Source: Haliotis rubra
Taxonomy: Eukaryota
Length of the DNA stretch: 64,000 nucleotides
Direction of reading: 5' to 3'
Assembly: GCF_003918875.1 (NCBI RefSeq)
Contig: NW_025767002.1
Location: 372,001-436,000 of the forward strand
Shown: piece by piece, positions 25,207 through 37,948 of the stretch
Position numbering within the stretch: position 1 is the stretch's first letter
Layout of the letters: each line of letters begins with the position of its first letter
The notes under the pieces: generated by a model
Seen by the model: only the letters and a program-made list of their open reading frames with translations
Told to the model about the DNA's origin: nothing
Databases searched by the model: none
Position numbers and translations under genes: made by a program

Positions 25207-25499
25207 GGGACCGTTCATAATTTATGGCTCGGGGGGTGATGATGATTTTAAGGGGTATCGCCCATTTTGTTCTGGCGAGCTAGGGGGTCATCAATTTTGT
25301 ACACACACATACTAGGGGTCATCAATTTTGTACATAAAATGTTTAATATGGGTAGGGAAGGGGGATCACTGATTTTGTACATGACATGCAGGGGGGTCAC
25401 TTATTTTGTACATACATTCTAGGGGGGTCATTCACATTGTACATGCTTCTCCATAAAAATCATCATCACACCCCCTAGCCATAAATTATGAACGGTCCC
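25207..25499. mobile_element. PIF/Harbinger-like MITE
   Basis: TIR GGGACCGTTCATAATTTATGGCT, TAA TSD and five internal GGGGTCA..TTTTGTACA-type repeats. Confidence 0.85.
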
Positions 25500-26139
25500 T
25501 AAATGCGTCCAAGCCGAGTTCGATTCAGATGTAGTCTGTATTTTATTTTCGCTGCCACCATGCTCGAACAACAAATTAGAGTAATCTCACAATAACCCAG
25601 GAATGGATGTTCAAGTGAAGTGTGATGCTGCTAATTTCCTATATCTTCTTGCTGTGTGCCCAGGGAGAGATTCGGGGTTAGAAAAAACGACCCCATAAAA
25701 CATATGCTTGACATTTGAGACCACCAAACAACTATGGTTGTTAGGCTAGGTGACTTGGTAAGTGGGTGGCATCTAATATCAAACAGAGTACAGACATGGA
25801 TTATTGCTTACAGTATCAATCACTGGATTTACAGTGAGTGAGTTAAGTTTTCGCCGCTTTTAGCAATATTCCAGTAATGGGCTTCACACATTGTACCCAT
25901 GTGGGGATCGAACCCGGGCCATCGGCGTGACGAACGAACGCTTTAACCACTAGGCTACCCCACCGCTTCCACTGGATTTACAAGCCGTAGCAGGAACATG
26001 TCTGAGCGTGGTGTTAAACAGCAACCATACAACTTATCTTGTAGCTGTTAGACGCAGACATGTGTATACAAACAACTGAAACATTGCTTATGAATTGTAC
26101 CAGTTGTTATTTTCATCAATGAAAAAGGATTGAATTACA

Positions 26140-26732
26140 TTAGGATTTGTTTCTTCTGAACAGTTTGGTAAAACGATGAAAGATTGATTTTGGCTTTTGT
26201 ACATTTCGTTTCTGATTACAATTTTCGATCACACTGGCTGTACTGAATGACATATGCTTCTTTGATGTGAGATTATTTTGAGAGAATTCATGATGTCTTG
26301 TTGACGTATTGTCTTGTTTAGGATACACAATGTGGTCAGAGCATGAGGTTTGTGTAGCCCCTGACCTCTGAACAAGTCCAACACCTTCTCCAGCTCCAGA
26401 AAGTGCAAACAATCTTTCAGTTCTCAACATGTCCACCTCCTTCAACAAGCGGTCCACCTGCTCCCTGAGGGAGACTTTCTCATCCGACAGTTGTCTGACT
26501 TGTGTCTTGAAATGTTGATTCTTCATTTTCAGACATTTGGAGCGGAGTCGAGCATCTCGTAGGTCAGCCCGGAGAGTGTCCACCTCGGCCAGGACAGCCG
26601 TCAGCTGCACGTGGAGCTCGTGCTCTTTGACTTGTTGTTTGTCCTCTTGACAACAGTCCCATTGGAATGGAGGCTGTGGCCGAATAGGTCTTGGTTTTAT
26701 CGTGACGTGTTTGGGAACCATGTCGTGGAACT
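26140..26732 (-). CDS. family copy D exon 3
   Basis: 593 nt open; the spliced product is 269 aa. Confidence 0.78.
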
Positions 26733-27030
26733 CTGGAAACACAATAATCCAATTTAGTATGTGATCAATCAAATCATAAGCCTACAAAAGCACATATACA
26801 TCTTCTGTGTTGAATCAGAGACCATATAATCTATTATATGGTCTCTGGTTGAATAAGGAAAAAAGGTAGAAACATAACAGTTGATACAGAAAGTTATTTT
26901 TCAAATGAATCGTAGGCCTAAAAAGCACATGTACAACCGTGTGTTGAATAAAGGAAAATAATAGAAACCATTGTTTTCAAATAAAGTTGGAAGGATACGA
27001 AAGTTAAAGGTATTTATGACACACACACAC

Positions 27031-27159
27031 CTTTCAGTTCTCTGTGTGCGAACCACTGTGCCACCTCGGAATCAAACCCCTCACACTCGGACATGGTCAG
27101 ACGTCTGGCGACTGGTTTTGGTTTTATTGTGACGTGTTTGGGAACTGCATCATGAATCT
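27031..27159 (-). CDS. family copy D exon 2
   Basis: 129 nt, AG/GT. Confidence 0.78.
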
Positions 27160-27385
27160 CTGAAATAACAATAACAGAATTTGGTAAAAAATTCAAACCA
27201 GTATGACAAGTGGAAAGCAAATACATCAAGCCTATGAAATACAGAAATATAGTGTCTGGATCTTAGACCCTTTTCAGTGAGTGAGTGTGTTTAGTTTTCG
27301 CCGCACTCGGCAATATTCCAGTTATATGTCGGCGAGACCCTTTTCAGCTTTTGGGATGATTCTATTATTGTATATACTGACTCAC

Positions 27386-27473
27386 CTGTCGGTTCTGTAC
27401 GTGCAAAACACTCCGCCACCTCGGGATCAAATCCCTCACACTCAGACATGGTCAGGCGTCTGGTGACTGGCAT
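27386..27473 (-). CDS. family copy D exon 1
   Basis: MPVTRRLTMSECEGFDPEVAECFARTEPT; donor GTGAGT. Confidence 0.78.
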
Positions 27474-28931
27474 AATCTTTAGATAATCTCGATAAATGAA
27501 GAGCGTACTGCAGTGCTGCTGTAGCTGGCTGAGATAATGTTAGACAAAGGCGTGACGTCACAATATCAACTAATGATGTCATAGCGATCTCCAGTCGGTA
27601 GTTTCCGTTTGGATTATCCATCTTCGACATATTTCGCCTCGATCGTGTTCCGATTGCGACATGTCAGCTTTAACATACAATGTTCACTAGATGCTCCTTT
27701 ATCTTTCGCAAGATGATGATACTTTTTTCTGAACCATCATTATATCATGAACAAATAACAAAAATTAAATGAATGAATTGGAGAAATTTCCATGTGGTTT
27801 TTTTCGAATGACTGTTTTCTGGAAGGGATTATTTGAACTGTGTGCAATGTGATATTGTCATCAGTGAATTGGCATTTCCCATTTCTGTTCCGATTGCGAC
27901 ATATAAGCCTTAACATATATAAAATGATCATTAAATGATTTTTGTTCTGTGGTATAATGTCGATATTTCTCCTAAACTATATCATATTTTAGCACATACC
28001 TATTGATTATTCATAACATTACCCTAAAACCTGTAAAAGGAACTTAATGCAATGTAAACTGTAATTTTGATATCTCTCAGAATTACAGCGATTTACAAAT
28101 TTGAACTTTATAAGCTTTTTCAACCAACAACTTGAAAGTATTTTGTTCAACCATACCTTGAACACATTTGAATGGATTGTTTTCAATTTTGGGGATCACC
28201 CTCCATATCTATAGGAGATGCAGTGCATTGTATTTTGTAATTTTAATTTATATAATGTTTAAAATGCATCTCTTGAACTCAAAGTCAAAGTTGTTGATAT
28301 TAACAATTATTTACTAATGGATTATTTTCAGATTTGAGTAATGGATTCTTTGTTTATAGGAAAGGTGCTGTACAACGTTTGATACAGATCTACTATTTGA
28401 CCATTTTTTATTTATTGTTGTACAGCTGAAGTTGGGAGTCGGGGGTAATAGTGAGCGGTGCTCGCGTTTTTCTGGCCTGTTTGAATTGTGAGCTATGTGA
28501 TCGGTGGTTTGTCCTTTTCTCAATTGTTCTTTTATCTCTAAATATATGCTTGCTCAGAAATGCCTGATTGGAATGTTAATAAAATTAATAGGTAAAAAGC
28601 CCCTTCTGTGTTACAGGTAAAGTGAGTGAGTGAGCTGGGTGAAGGCCGCCCTGAATAATGTTTCAGTTAAGTTGCGAGTGCCAAACGTTTGATAAAAGTT
28701 ATGCAATATGAAAGTTCAGTATCTCTTCTAACTTCTGACTTCCATACACGACATTGATGTATGGCAAACATGCATAGCCTTCCTAATCAGTCGTCCATGT
28801 CTTGAAAGGTGAAATTTGTATGGAAATTTGTTTCTTTAACATTCTAACCGTCTTTCTTAATAAACTATATTTTACGACAATAATATATGGAAGTTAATGT
28901 TAATTATGAGGAATGTCCTCCAAAGCCATAA

Positions 28932-29091
28932 GGGGGCGGTGGGGTAGCCTAAATGGTTAAAGCGTTGGCTCGTCACGCCGAAGACTCGGGTTCGAATCCC
29001 CACATGGGTACAATGTGTGAAGCCCATTTCTGGTGTGATGTTGCTGGAATATTGCTAAAAGCGGCGTAAAACCAAACTCAGTCAGTCAGTC
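28932..29091 (+). mobile_element. SINE family A, paralog of 11197
   Basis: Same TSD and flanks. Confidence 0.85.
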
Positions 29092-29749
29092 TAAAGCCAT
29101 AAGAAGAGATAGGGCGGCTTTATGTAATGGGTCAGTCCATTTGTGATTGATACACACTAAAGGCGCCTTCCGGGGAAGAAAATAACTTTTGTCAAATTTC
29201 GATTGATTGATTGGTTTGTTGTTTAACGCCACACTCAGCAATGTTCCAGGTATATGTTGGCGGTCTTTTTCTCAGTTCTTCTTTATCTGTAAATGCCAGA
29301 TTCAAATGTTGAGAAAATTAATAGGTAGAAAACACCCTTCTGTGTCACAGGTGAAGTGGGTGAAGTGGGTGAAGGCCGCCCTGAATAATGTTTCAGTTAA
29401 GTAGCAGGATATCGGAGAAACGTTTGATAAAGGTTATGTAATATGAAAGTTCAGAAGCTCTTCTAACTTCTAACTTCCATACATGCGTGCTCCATACACG
29501 TACACAGAATACTCTGGTAATTTTGGTCAGAAAATGTTGGTGTCAAGCCTGTAGGAAGGACTTTTTACATGCAAACCTTGGGCGATGAATATGCTACAAC
29601 CCCTTGACGACAATCACAGTACGATAAAGTTACATTATTTCGGCTTTATCATGGTGTACCAGCTGAAGATGAAAGATGAACGAGAATCATTACGCAGTGG
29701 AAATTTTAGTGGTGTGGAGCTCCGTTATGGTGTTGCAAACACGAATTGG

Positions 29750-30345
29750 AAGGCATGATAAAGATTCCTCAGATATATACTCTTCAAATAAAGAAATACA
29801 AAGTCAAATTGATAATGGAGTTTCTTGATAATTTCGTCTCCTCCGGCGTCTTCATGAGTCAACTCTCCTGGAAAGAAGATCGTAAAAGACTCTGTCATGG
29901 AATACGAGAAGTCCTCATGGAACCAACGAATGACATCAGATCCAGATCTCAGACACTTCAGGACATTACACCCCTCCATAGAGCCACACCCAGCTTGGCT
30001 ACTTGCCAAAAGATACCCCTTCTTGAAACAACAATGCCTCTTCATAGTGCAGATGTGTGTTCTCTGGCGTCCTTGCCGTGTGTATGGACCTTGTGATAAA
30101 TGTAGTGTGAACTGTGCAGACCTCCTGATCCATGTCCTAACATCGTGTGAAGCTTGTGCTGGCTGCAGAGACCAACTCTGGTGTGACATTATCAACGTGG
30201 GCCCGCCGGAGCCGAGCGACAAGACTGATATGGACCTGGTGTGCAGCTTGCTGTCCTGCCGTCCCCCAGTACTGCTCTCTGACGAGGAGACTCAGCTGTA
30301 CACACTGACTGTTGTTAACGGACTCTACGCGACCTGTAATGCATG
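29750..30345 (+). mobile_element. degraded LINE ORF2 3' end (uninterrupted paralog)
   Basis: Matches 12020-12552 plus 13051-13128. Confidence 0.65.
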
Positions 30346-30487
30346 AATATTCTACGCGTCTCTATTGTTAACTTAAACTTATCTTAACTTATCTCGCATT
30401 CCCTTGTACTCTCCATTGGAGGAATAAAAGTGTATATATGTCTGAAATTATTGAAACTTTGTACACTTAAAGAAGCCAATCGAAATC

Positions 30488-31318
30488 GATCTCGTCAATT
30501 GTGCCGTAAGATTGCCTCGAATTTGCACAAGATCTGTCCTGGCGTTGTAGGAGATATCTACCTACATCATTACACTACCACAACCAAATCTGTCAACTTC
30601 TTGCACACAGTTTGCTGCAAAACGTTCACCTCCCCGACGGTAAACACGAGCCCTTCCAACCTGCTTACGAAGCATAAAACGGGATTCATCACTGAACCAA
30701 ACTTGCCTCCATCGTTCACGAGGCCAAACCCTATGTGCCCGAGTCCACTGCAGTCGTGTTCGACGATGTTGCTAAGTGAGAATGACGCCTCTGATCGCAC
30801 GTGTAGGTCGGATTCCTGCATCTCGAAGACGAATGCACACGGTCTGGTCCGAAATCCTACGCAGTATTGTTGATGCGGTGGATGTTGCAGTGGCGTAACC
30901 GGATGTTACCATCCTCGGCAGACTGGTTCAACCGAGATTCGCCTGTTCTTCTAAGCGACCAATGAAGTTGTTGCGTTGCACTTCACTCAATCGCGGCATC
31001 ACTGTACGGCGTGTTGACGGCTCAATACTGAGATATGGAAATCGAGAACCTGTCGCTTTTATAGGGATTTTGTTCATGTAGCACGTGAAAAACATGCAGA
31101 TCTCTCACACAGTCTCATTACGCGTGGATGCGTTTGGGCGAACAGTTGAATTTGTTCTTCTGTCTTCCAGGTTGGCATGATTTATTGCAATTTCTTGTTG
31201 GTGATCAATGCCTCAACTCCCGTGACACCACAGTCTATGGGCTTGTAATATTATACCACATATTTCTGTTTCAAACATCTTTTTCTTCCATTTTGCGTTT
31301 CTTTTTCGAAGAGTATAT
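30488..31318 (-). mobile_element. Tc1/mariner relic 1, paralog
   Basis: Matches 14907-15672. It retains a GRARVYRRGGERFAANCVQEVDRFG-coding segment, part of which is deleted in block 1. Confidence 0.8.
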
Positions 31319-32021
31319 ATGTGCCATTTCCTATTCCATCTGTTCCTGTGTAGGCCAAGGTGTTCTTTTTACGTGCCTGTGCATCTATTTGTGACGATGG
31401 CTACCGTATGTCTTGGGTTACGTTCCCCTTTACGCCAACGCATGGTATCACTACTCTGGTCGCAAACAAACAAATGTATTAGATAACTGAAACATTGTCA
31501 TTGTTCCTAAATAATATCAATATAGGTAATTATGGCAATTACAGGGAATTATGGCAATATTACGAACCACCATTTCTCCATGGCATTTTCATGCAAGCTG
31601 ACAATTTCGAACGTAAGCGTGCATTAACGTTTCCGAAGAGGCGTTATTGCGCTGTACATTCGTTCCATGTACACAAACCAGCATTATAATGGAGTAACTA
31701 TAACAATCAAACGCTAATTTTAAAAATTTCATATAACGATATTACCTATGCGTTTCTTTTTTCTTTTCTTTTTTTTTTGAGTGTACATGATATTCGATTT
31801 CCGTGTGTTATTGAATATGTAGCCTGAATTTCAGTCGAAACGGATGACATTAATTGCACTGTGTAGCATTATGAACCATTGAAGCATAGGAACATATTGT
31901 GAGCCAATTGAAATTATTATTATTTTTTTTTTAATTTCAATGTTTTTATTGTCAGAAAGTCCCTGTTACAAGATCGAGGATCACCTCCAGGGAAAGGGTG
32001 ACTCTCATTTGTACAGTATAA

Positions 32022-32188
32022 CTGACTGACTGAGTTTAGTTTTACGCCGCTTTTAGCAATATTCCAGCAATATCACGGCGGGGGACACCAGAAATGGGCT
32101 TAACACATTATGCCCATGTGGGGAATCGAACCCGGGTCTTCGGCGTGACGAGCCAACGCTTTAACCACTAGGCTACCCCACCGCCCCC
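32022..32188 (-). mobile_element. SINE family A (young, AGTC tail)
   Basis: TSD TGTACAGTATAA; empty site at 16323. Confidence 0.9.
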
Positions 32189-34505
32189 TGTACAGTATAA
32201 AAGCTTACTAGTAGAAATTCTGACATTGTCTAAAACAATAAGAAACTCATTAACTCTCACATTCATGCTAATACTGTTGTGAGCTTAAAATAAACAGACA
32301 GCTTTTACTATGTGTCTGCTTTTCACTTATGGGACGGTGGTGTAGCCTAGTGGTTAAAGCGTTCGCTCGTCACGCCGAAGGCCCGGGTTCCATTCCCCAT
32401 ATGGGTACATTGTATGAAACTCATTTCTGGTGTCCCCCCGCAGTGATATTGCTGGAATGTTGCTAAAATCGGCATAAAACCAAACTCACTCACTCACATT
32501 TCACTTATACTTACTAAGACTAACTGAAAGGTGGATGATAGAACGCCCACTATGTGTAAAATTTATTGAGTTTATGTCTGCTTGAGAAACTAATTTTCTC
32601 AATAGAATACCTTTGTTCACACACTTTCTTAAAACCATCAATGTGTTTTACCCTCCCCATTGAGATACCCTTAAATGCTATTTCCTGTATTTTGGGACTC
32701 TTCAAGTTGGATTGCTTTTGTAACAAATTCTCTGTTTATATATTTATTATATATTTTAGTGATGTATAAATATACATATATATGTTTCACCAACACATTT
32801 TCGACTTTCATTCAAGAATCATCTATCGCTTGTTTTCAAGGTAAACCATACATAACATCTTCGACATTCTACAGCTTGAATTAGTTTCTGCATAGGTGGT
32901 AACCTTGAGGTTTGCTTATTCTTTCGATTCTGTGTGTAAGATGTCCTACTTTATATGTGAGCAACTGATTTTACTTCTCTAAAGGTGAGGTGAGGTGAAG
33001 TTGGGTTTAACGTCGTGCTTGCGAAAATATTTCGCTCATATGACGACGTGCATGCGTGTGTATGTGTAAGTGCGGCTGCTTGTACTAGCCCAGACTTAAG
33101 CTGGTTTTATAGTGCTAGCCCACTGAGATACCATGCCACAGTGAAGCATGAATTCAGACACATTATACTGACTCCGAGCCAACCAGTCCTTGTCGTACCC
33201 TCTCCGGGCGGAAGCTCTAACCACTACACCACGGAGGCGGTCTCCCTAAAGGTAGTTTCGCCGCTAGAACATCACATTTATACTACTACCTGACTAACAT
33301 CAATTGGTCCAAATGCGTCAGAACTTCATGACAGATATCACACAATCAGTTCATTAATAGATCTATGAAAAAGCTAAACTGTTGCTTTTCTATTCATTTG
33401 ATACAGTCGATACAGATAGGCGAACTAGCTATTCCCCAAACCTATTTTCCACATGTTGAAGATTTTCCCTATGGTGTCTGACGTGTTCCCTATTCTTATG
33501 AGTATCAGATGTTCCTGGGTATGTTCAGGTGAATAGTTGACGTGCCTGTGCATGTGTTACTGCCATTGGGAGGCATGATACGTTCTCCTATTCTTAAACA
33601 CCTGGTATCACCTCTGTTTATTAATGATTTACAAACACATACTTATGAAACAGTTGCAACCGTTCAACTGACGTTAGGCAGAAACTGGTTAAAGCTTTCA
33701 ATCTTAATGCGTCCTCGATTCCCAATATTGAATGACTCACTGCCACCATACTTGAACAATACTGCTAAAATTGGAGTAATATACTGAGGGAAATAAATAA
33801 TGAAACACCACCTCATGTCAGTGTTCCTTTATTTATTCGCAGACTCCCCCCATAGCGCTATTCAAAACTGGTGATGAAAACTGGAAAAGGAACGCTTGAA
33901 TTTTCCTGTGTTTCTCTATTTGTTTCTCTCTGTATATCGAAGGAACCCAGGAAAGAATGCCTGAGTGAAGTGTGATGATGTTAGTTTCCTATATGTTCAT
34001 GATGATCTATATCTTCTTGCTGTGTGCCCAGGGAGAGATTCGGGGTTAGAAAAAGACCCCATAAAACATATGCTTGACATTTGACACCACCAAACAACTA
34101 TGGTTGTTAGGCTCGGTGACTTGGTTACGTGGGTGTCATCTAATATCAGAGTACAGACATGGATTATTGCTTACAGTATCAATCACTGGATTTACAGTGA
34201 GTGAGTTAAGTTTTACGCCGCTTTTAGCAATATTCCAGTAATGGGCTTCACACATTGTACCCATGTGGGGAATCGAACCCGGGCCATCGGCGTGACGAAC
34301 GAACGCTTTAACCACTAGGCTACCCCACCGCTTCCACTGGATTTACAAGCCGTAGCAGGAACATGTCTGAGCGTGGTGTTAAACAGCCACCATACAACTT
34401 ATCTTGTAGCTGTTAGACGCAGACATGTGTATACAAACAACTGAACCATTGCTTATGAATTGTACCAGTTGTTATTTTCATCAATGAAAAAAGGATTGAA
34501 TTACA

Positions 34506-35098
34506 TTAGGAGTTGTTTCTTCTGAACAGTTTGGTAAAACGATGAAAGATTGATTTTGGCTTTTGTACATTTCGTTTCTGATTACAATTTTCGATCACAC
34601 TGGCTGTACTGAATGACATATGCTTCTTTGATGAGAGATTATTTTGAGAGAGTTCATGATGTTTTGTTGACGTATTGTCTTGTTTAGGAGACACAATGTG
34701 GTCAATGCACGAGGTCTGTGTAGCCCCTGACCTCTGAACAAGTCCAACACCTTCTCCAGCTCCAGAATGTACACCCAGTCTTTCAGCTCTCAACATATCC
34801 ACCTCCTTCAACAAGCGGTCCACCTGCTCCCCGAGGGAGACTTTCTCATCCGAGAGTTGTCTGGCTTGTGCCTTGAAATGGTTATTCTTCATTTTCAGAC
34901 ATTTGGAGCGGTGTCGAGCATCTCGTAGGTCAGCCCGGAGAGTGTCCACCTCGGCCAGGACAGCCGTCAGCTACACGTGGAGCTCGTGCTCTTTGACATT
35001 TTGTTTATCCTCTTGACAACAGTCCCATTGGAATGGAGGCTGGGGTCGAATAGGTCTTGGTTTTATCGCGACGTGTTTGGGAACCATATCGTGGAACT
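34506..35098 (-). pseudogene. family copy E: orphan exon 3 with CAG>TAG nonsense codon
   Basis: Stop at 34971-34973. Confidence 0.75.
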
Positions 35099-37355
35099 CT
35101 GGAAACGCAATAATCCAATTTAGTATGTGATCAATCAAATCATAAGCCTACAAAAGCACATATACATCTTCTTTGTTGAATCAGAGACCATGTAATCTAT
35201 TATATGGTCTCTGGTTGAATAAGGAAAAAAAGGTAGAAAGGCCCGGGTTCCATTCCCCATATGGGTACATTGTATGAAACTCATTTCTGGTGTCCCCAGC
35301 AGTGATATTGCTGGAATGTTGCTAAAATCGGCATAAAACCAAACTCACTCACTCACATTTCACTTATACTTACTAAGACTAACTGAAAGGTGGATGATAG
35401 AACGCCCACTATGTGTAAAATTTATTGAGTTTATGTCTGCTTGAGAAACTAATTTTCTCAATAGAATACCTTTGTTCACACACTTTCTTAAAACCATCAA
35501 TGTGTTTTACCCCCCTTGAGATACCCTTAAATGCTATTTCCTGTATTTTGGGACTCTTCAAGTTGGATTGCTTTTGTAACAAATTCTGTTTATATATTTA
35601 TTATATATTTTAGTGATGTATAAATATACATATATATGTTTCACCAACACATTTTCGACTTTCATTCAAGAATCATCTACCGCTTGTTTTCAAGGTAAAC
35701 CATACATAACATCTTCGACATTCTACAGCTTGAATTAGTTTCTGCATAGGTGGTAACCTTGAGGTTTGCTTATTCTTTCGATTCTGTGTGTAAGATGTCC
35801 TACTTTATATGTGAGCAACTGATTTACTTCTCTAAAGGTGAGGTGAGGTGAAATTGGGTTTAACGTCGTGCTTGAAAATATTTCGCTCATATGACGACGT
35901 GCATGCGTGTGTATGTGTAAGTGCGGCTGCTTGTACTAGCCCAGACTTAAGCTGGTTTTATAGTGCTAGCCCACTGAGATACCATGCCACAGTGAAGCAT
36001 GAATTCAGACACATTATACTGACTCCGAGCCAACCAGTCCTTGTCGTACCCTCTCCGGGCGGAAGCTCTAACCACTACACCACGGAGGCGGTCTCCCCTA
36101 AAGGTAGTTTCGCCGCTAGAACATCACATTTATACTACTACCTGACTAACATCAATTGGTCCAAATGCGTCAGAACTTCATGACAGATATCACACAATCA
36201 GTTCATTAATAGATCTATGAAAAAGCTAAACTGTTGCTTTTCTATTCATTTGATACAGTCGATACAGATAGGCGAACTAGCTATTCCCCAAACCTATTTT
36301 CCACATGTTGAAGATTTTCCCTATGGTGTCTGACGTGTTCCTATTCTTATGAGTATCAGATGTTCCTGGGTATGTTCAGGTGAATAGTTGACGTGCCTGT
36401 GCATGTGTTACTGCCATTGGGAGGCATGATACGTTCTCCTATTCTTAAACACCTGGTATCACCTCTGTTTATTAATGATTTACAAACACATACTTATGAA
36501 ACAGTTGCAACCGTTCAACTGACGTTAGGCAGAAACTGGTTAATGCTTTCAATCTTAATGCGTCCTCGATTCCCAATATTGAATGACTCACTGCCACCAT
36601 ACTTGAACAATACTGCTAAAATTGGAGTAATATACTGAGGGAAATAAATAATGAAACACCACCTCATGTCAGTGTTCCTTTATTTATTCGCAGACTCCCC
36701 CCATAGCGCTATTCAAAACTGGTGATGAAAACTGGAAAAGGAACGCTTGAATTTTCCTGTGTTTCTCTGTTTGTTTCTCTCTGTATATCGAAGGAACCCA
36801 GGAAAGAATGCCTGAGTGAAGTGTGATGATGTTAGTTTCCTATATGTTCATGATGATCTATATCTTCTTGCTGTGTGCCCAGGGAGAGATTCGGGGTTAG
36901 AAAAAGACCCCATAAAACATATGCTTGACATTTGACACCACCAAACAACTATGGTTGTTAGGCTCGGTGACTTGGTTACGTGGGTGTCATCTAATATCAG
37001 AGTACAGACATGGATTATTGCTTACAGTATCAATCACTGGATTTACAGTGAGTGAGTTAAGTTTTACGCCGCTTTTAGCAATATTCCAGTAATGGGCTTC
37101 ACACATTGTACCCATGTGGGGAATCGAACCCGGGCCATCGGCGTGACGAACGAACGCTTTAACCACTAGGCTACCCCACCGCTTCCACTGGATTTACAAG
37201 CCGTAGCAGGAACATGTCTGAGCGTGGTGTTAAACAGCCACCATACAACTTATCTTGTAGCTGTTAGACGCAGACATGTGTATACAAACAACTGAACCAT
37301 TGCTTATGAATTGTACCAGTTGTTATTTTCATCAATGAAAAAGGATTGAATTACA

Positions 37356-37948
37356 TTAGGAGTTGTTTCTTCTGAACAGTTTGGTAAAACGATGAAAGAT
37401 TGATTTTGGCTTTTGTACATTTCGTTTCTGATTACAATTTTCGATCACACTGGCTGTACTGAATGACATATGCTTCTTTGATGAGAGATTATTTTGAGAG
37501 AGTTCATGATGTTTTGTTGACGTATTGTCTTGTTTAGGAGACACAATGTGGTCAATGCACGAGGTCTGTGTAGCCCCTGACCTCTGAACAAGTCCAACAC
37601 CTTCTCCAGCTCCAGAATGTACACCCAGTCTTTCAGCTCTCAACATATCCACCTCCTTCAACAAGCGGTCCACCTGCTCCCCGAGGGAGACTTTCTCATC
37701 CGAGAGTTGTCTGGCTTGTGCCTTGAAATGGTTATTCTTCATTTTCAGACATTTGGAGCGGTGTCGAGCATCTCGTAGGTCAGCCCGGAGAGTGTCCACC
37801 TCGGCCAGGACAGCCGTCAGCTACACGTGGAGCTCGTGCTCTTTGACATTTTGTTTATCCTCTTGACAACAGTCCCATTGGAATGGAGGCTGGGGTCGAA
37901 TAGGTCTTGGTTTTATCGCGACGTGTTTGGGAACCATATCGTGGAACT
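37356..37948 (-). pseudogene. family copy F: orphan exon 3 with the same nonsense codon
   Basis: Stop at 37821-37823; essentially identical to E. Confidence 0.75.
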
